From Azolla caroliniana (lineage: Eukaryota; Plantae; Polypodiophyta): a stretch of 64,000 nucleotides of DNA. The DNA lies in assembly GCA_043228905.1 (NCBI GenBank), contig JBHGNT010000013.1, forward strand, positions 11,904,001-11,968,000, written 5' to 3'. The notes beneath the pieces were generated by a model that was not told where the DNA came from, made no database searches, and worked only from the letters and a program-made list of their open reading frames with translations. Positions 61,930 to 64,000 of this stretch are shown here, in pieces. A program made the translations under genes and the position numbers. The number at the start of each line of letters is the position of its first letter. The first letter of the stretch is position 1.

Positions 61930-63110
61930 GAGAGGAAACAATTAAAATAGATTTTTTTTTACACATTGAATAAAAGAAGTACAATTGTTCAATATAAAAG
62001 TAATTGAATGGTGAACCCAATCAATAAATAAAGAACAACTTTTATTATAAAACCATGGATAACCCAACATTACATCAGTGGTACAAAGATTCATTACATG
62101 GAAGTCTACTTCCTTTATATAAGTATCAATAGAAATTCTTAATGAATGAATTGCCCCGTTGATGTATTGTACTCTTCCATCAACCAAGTGCACCTTATAG
62201 GTGTGATCACTTATAGTGGGTTGGATTCCCCATATCTGAACCAAACGATCATTCACAACGTTCTGTGAGCTTCCTGAATCAAATAAGAATTGTAACAGAC
62301 ATCCATTGATATACCCGTTTGCACTTAGTAAATCATTGGGTCCCAATACATAGTGAGGGAAAGAATATTTACAATTACTTAAATGATATGTATAGACCTC
62401 AAGGACATCAGGAATCTAACGTTTATGCTCTACAAATTTGGTTTTTTTGTTGTGCTCTTTTCGTTGGAGCTTTCGACATTACTCTTTTATATGACCCTTC
62501 TTTTTGCAGAATACGCAAAAAGGATTTTGTCGCTTATAATCACAATCCATGAATTTGTTGGGTATCTTGCGTTTCCCAGCGAATTGTGACTGCGTGGTCC
62601 GAGGCGCTTCGAGTTTGTTATGGTCATTCGAAGCGCGTTGATAACGAAGAACTATTTCAATGGCCTCTTCAAAGGATTTTGGATCCGTATTGTGCATTAT
62701 CCAGTGATAATCCAAATTGGGAATGCCATTGACAAAACAAGCTATTGACCAATTGTCCCCTTCTAGACCCGATTTTTGGATTTGGGTTTTAGCATGGTGA
62801 ACATAGTCTTCTAGCGAGGAAAATTTCCGGCTAGAGAGGTTCATCAAAGCTTGTGCTGTCTCGGTTCGAGATGGATGTTGTAGAAATTGACTCTTGAAAA
62901 TTGTGACAAAGTTTGTCCCGGTATCGGGCAATTTCCCCTAGTGCAGAGCCCACGCCACTAGGTGGCGGCCTTACCCCCTAGACCTCAACCGACATATGCA
63001 ATCTTAGTACTATCTAGCTTGGGATATAGCTCCAAATGAGACTCCCATCAGCCTAGCCACATGCAGATTGCTTCTTTGGTTCTTTCCTTTTTTTCTCCCG
63101 TAAACGGCTT
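61930..63110 (-). mobile_element. Degenerate Ty3/gypsy gag-protease remnant
   Basis: CVFCKKKGHIKE knuckle; FLFDSGSSQN...DVMLGYPW protease. Confidence 0.7.
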
Positions 63111-64000
63111 TACAACAAACGATGGTTCACCTTGACGCTCATTGGGTCTATTAGTATCATGTTGTATACTAATGACACGTGCCTCAAGAGCACTATGAGA
63201 TTACCGACGTTCAAAAATCTCATGCAAGGTAGAATTAAGGAAATTTTGTTTTTGTAAAATATACAAGTCAATGGGGATTGGCCCAGGGGGATTTCCTTGA
63301 ATTCCTTCTGCTTGGGCGGATGCCATCGGGTCATTATTATGAGCCATTGAATGATAATTTCTGGCACGGAAATAGGATAAGGTTAGACAAATAGTCATAA
63401 CCTCATGTCGTGATGTAAACATATCATGGGCAAACATTAATCGATATCATGATCTCACGTCAATACCCCTCTAGACGTATATGAGAGCTTCAAGATCAAG
63501 TTACTATGGTAACACAAAGGTGTTTTAAAAACCATGGCAGTGACAAATGAATGTCTTTCCTTGATCTCTATATCGATTTTTTCATGGCAGCTCCGCGAGG
63601 CTCAACCATGTATGTTCGCGTTATGAAGAGTTTATACACAAAAAAATGTTAACAATAAACTATGTCTCTGTGCCCACCCATGTGGTTTCGGCTCTTTAAG
63701 TCCTATTAAGAGGACCCCGAAGTGCACTTAGACCTAAAGTCTAAACATGTTTTATAGGCATATGTATCAACAATGTTGTATGGTCTTGGTCATATTTGAA
63801 CTCAAGACCTTGAGAACAAATACATTAAACACTTGCGCTAACCAAATGGTTTGCTCCTCTTAAATATTTAATGTTTATGCGTATGAGAGATATGCGAAGG
63901 CATTTGCATATATATGTTCTTTTTTAAAAGAAAACATATGTGTCTAGAAACCTTATTTCCCCCTCGTTAACAAGAAAACTATGTTGGTACGTTAACCAAC

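Overview
Eukaryotic, plant-type DNA. The retroelement mix suggests a non-seed plant such as a fern or lycophyte (inference). About 46 kb (1-45.9 kb) is a deep nest of retrotransposons: one decayed L1-like LINE, several Ty1/copia elements (one near-intact, 30920-36264), Tcn1/Tf1-like self-priming Ty3/gypsy copies, and three copies of an unusual tRNA-Trp-primed Ty3/gypsy lineage (A 6993-15115, B 22614-29697, C 38045-42642). The only clear host gene is a two-exon LRR-III-type receptor-like pseudokinase on the minus strand (58877-57374 + 47142-46559), whose ~10.2 kb intron is full of TE remnants. Four observations stand out. (1) Insertion junctions of the Trp-primed lineage show an N-CG-N 4-bp target. 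(2) The same lineage has a conserved -1 frameshift cassette (GGAUUUU plus stem/pseudoknot) between protease and RT. (3) Several unrelated gypsy LTR families carry an outward-facing tRNA-like A-box/B-box module in U3. (4) A palindromic LTR-derived element sits in the kinase intron. All alignments were done by eye and lineage names are tentative.
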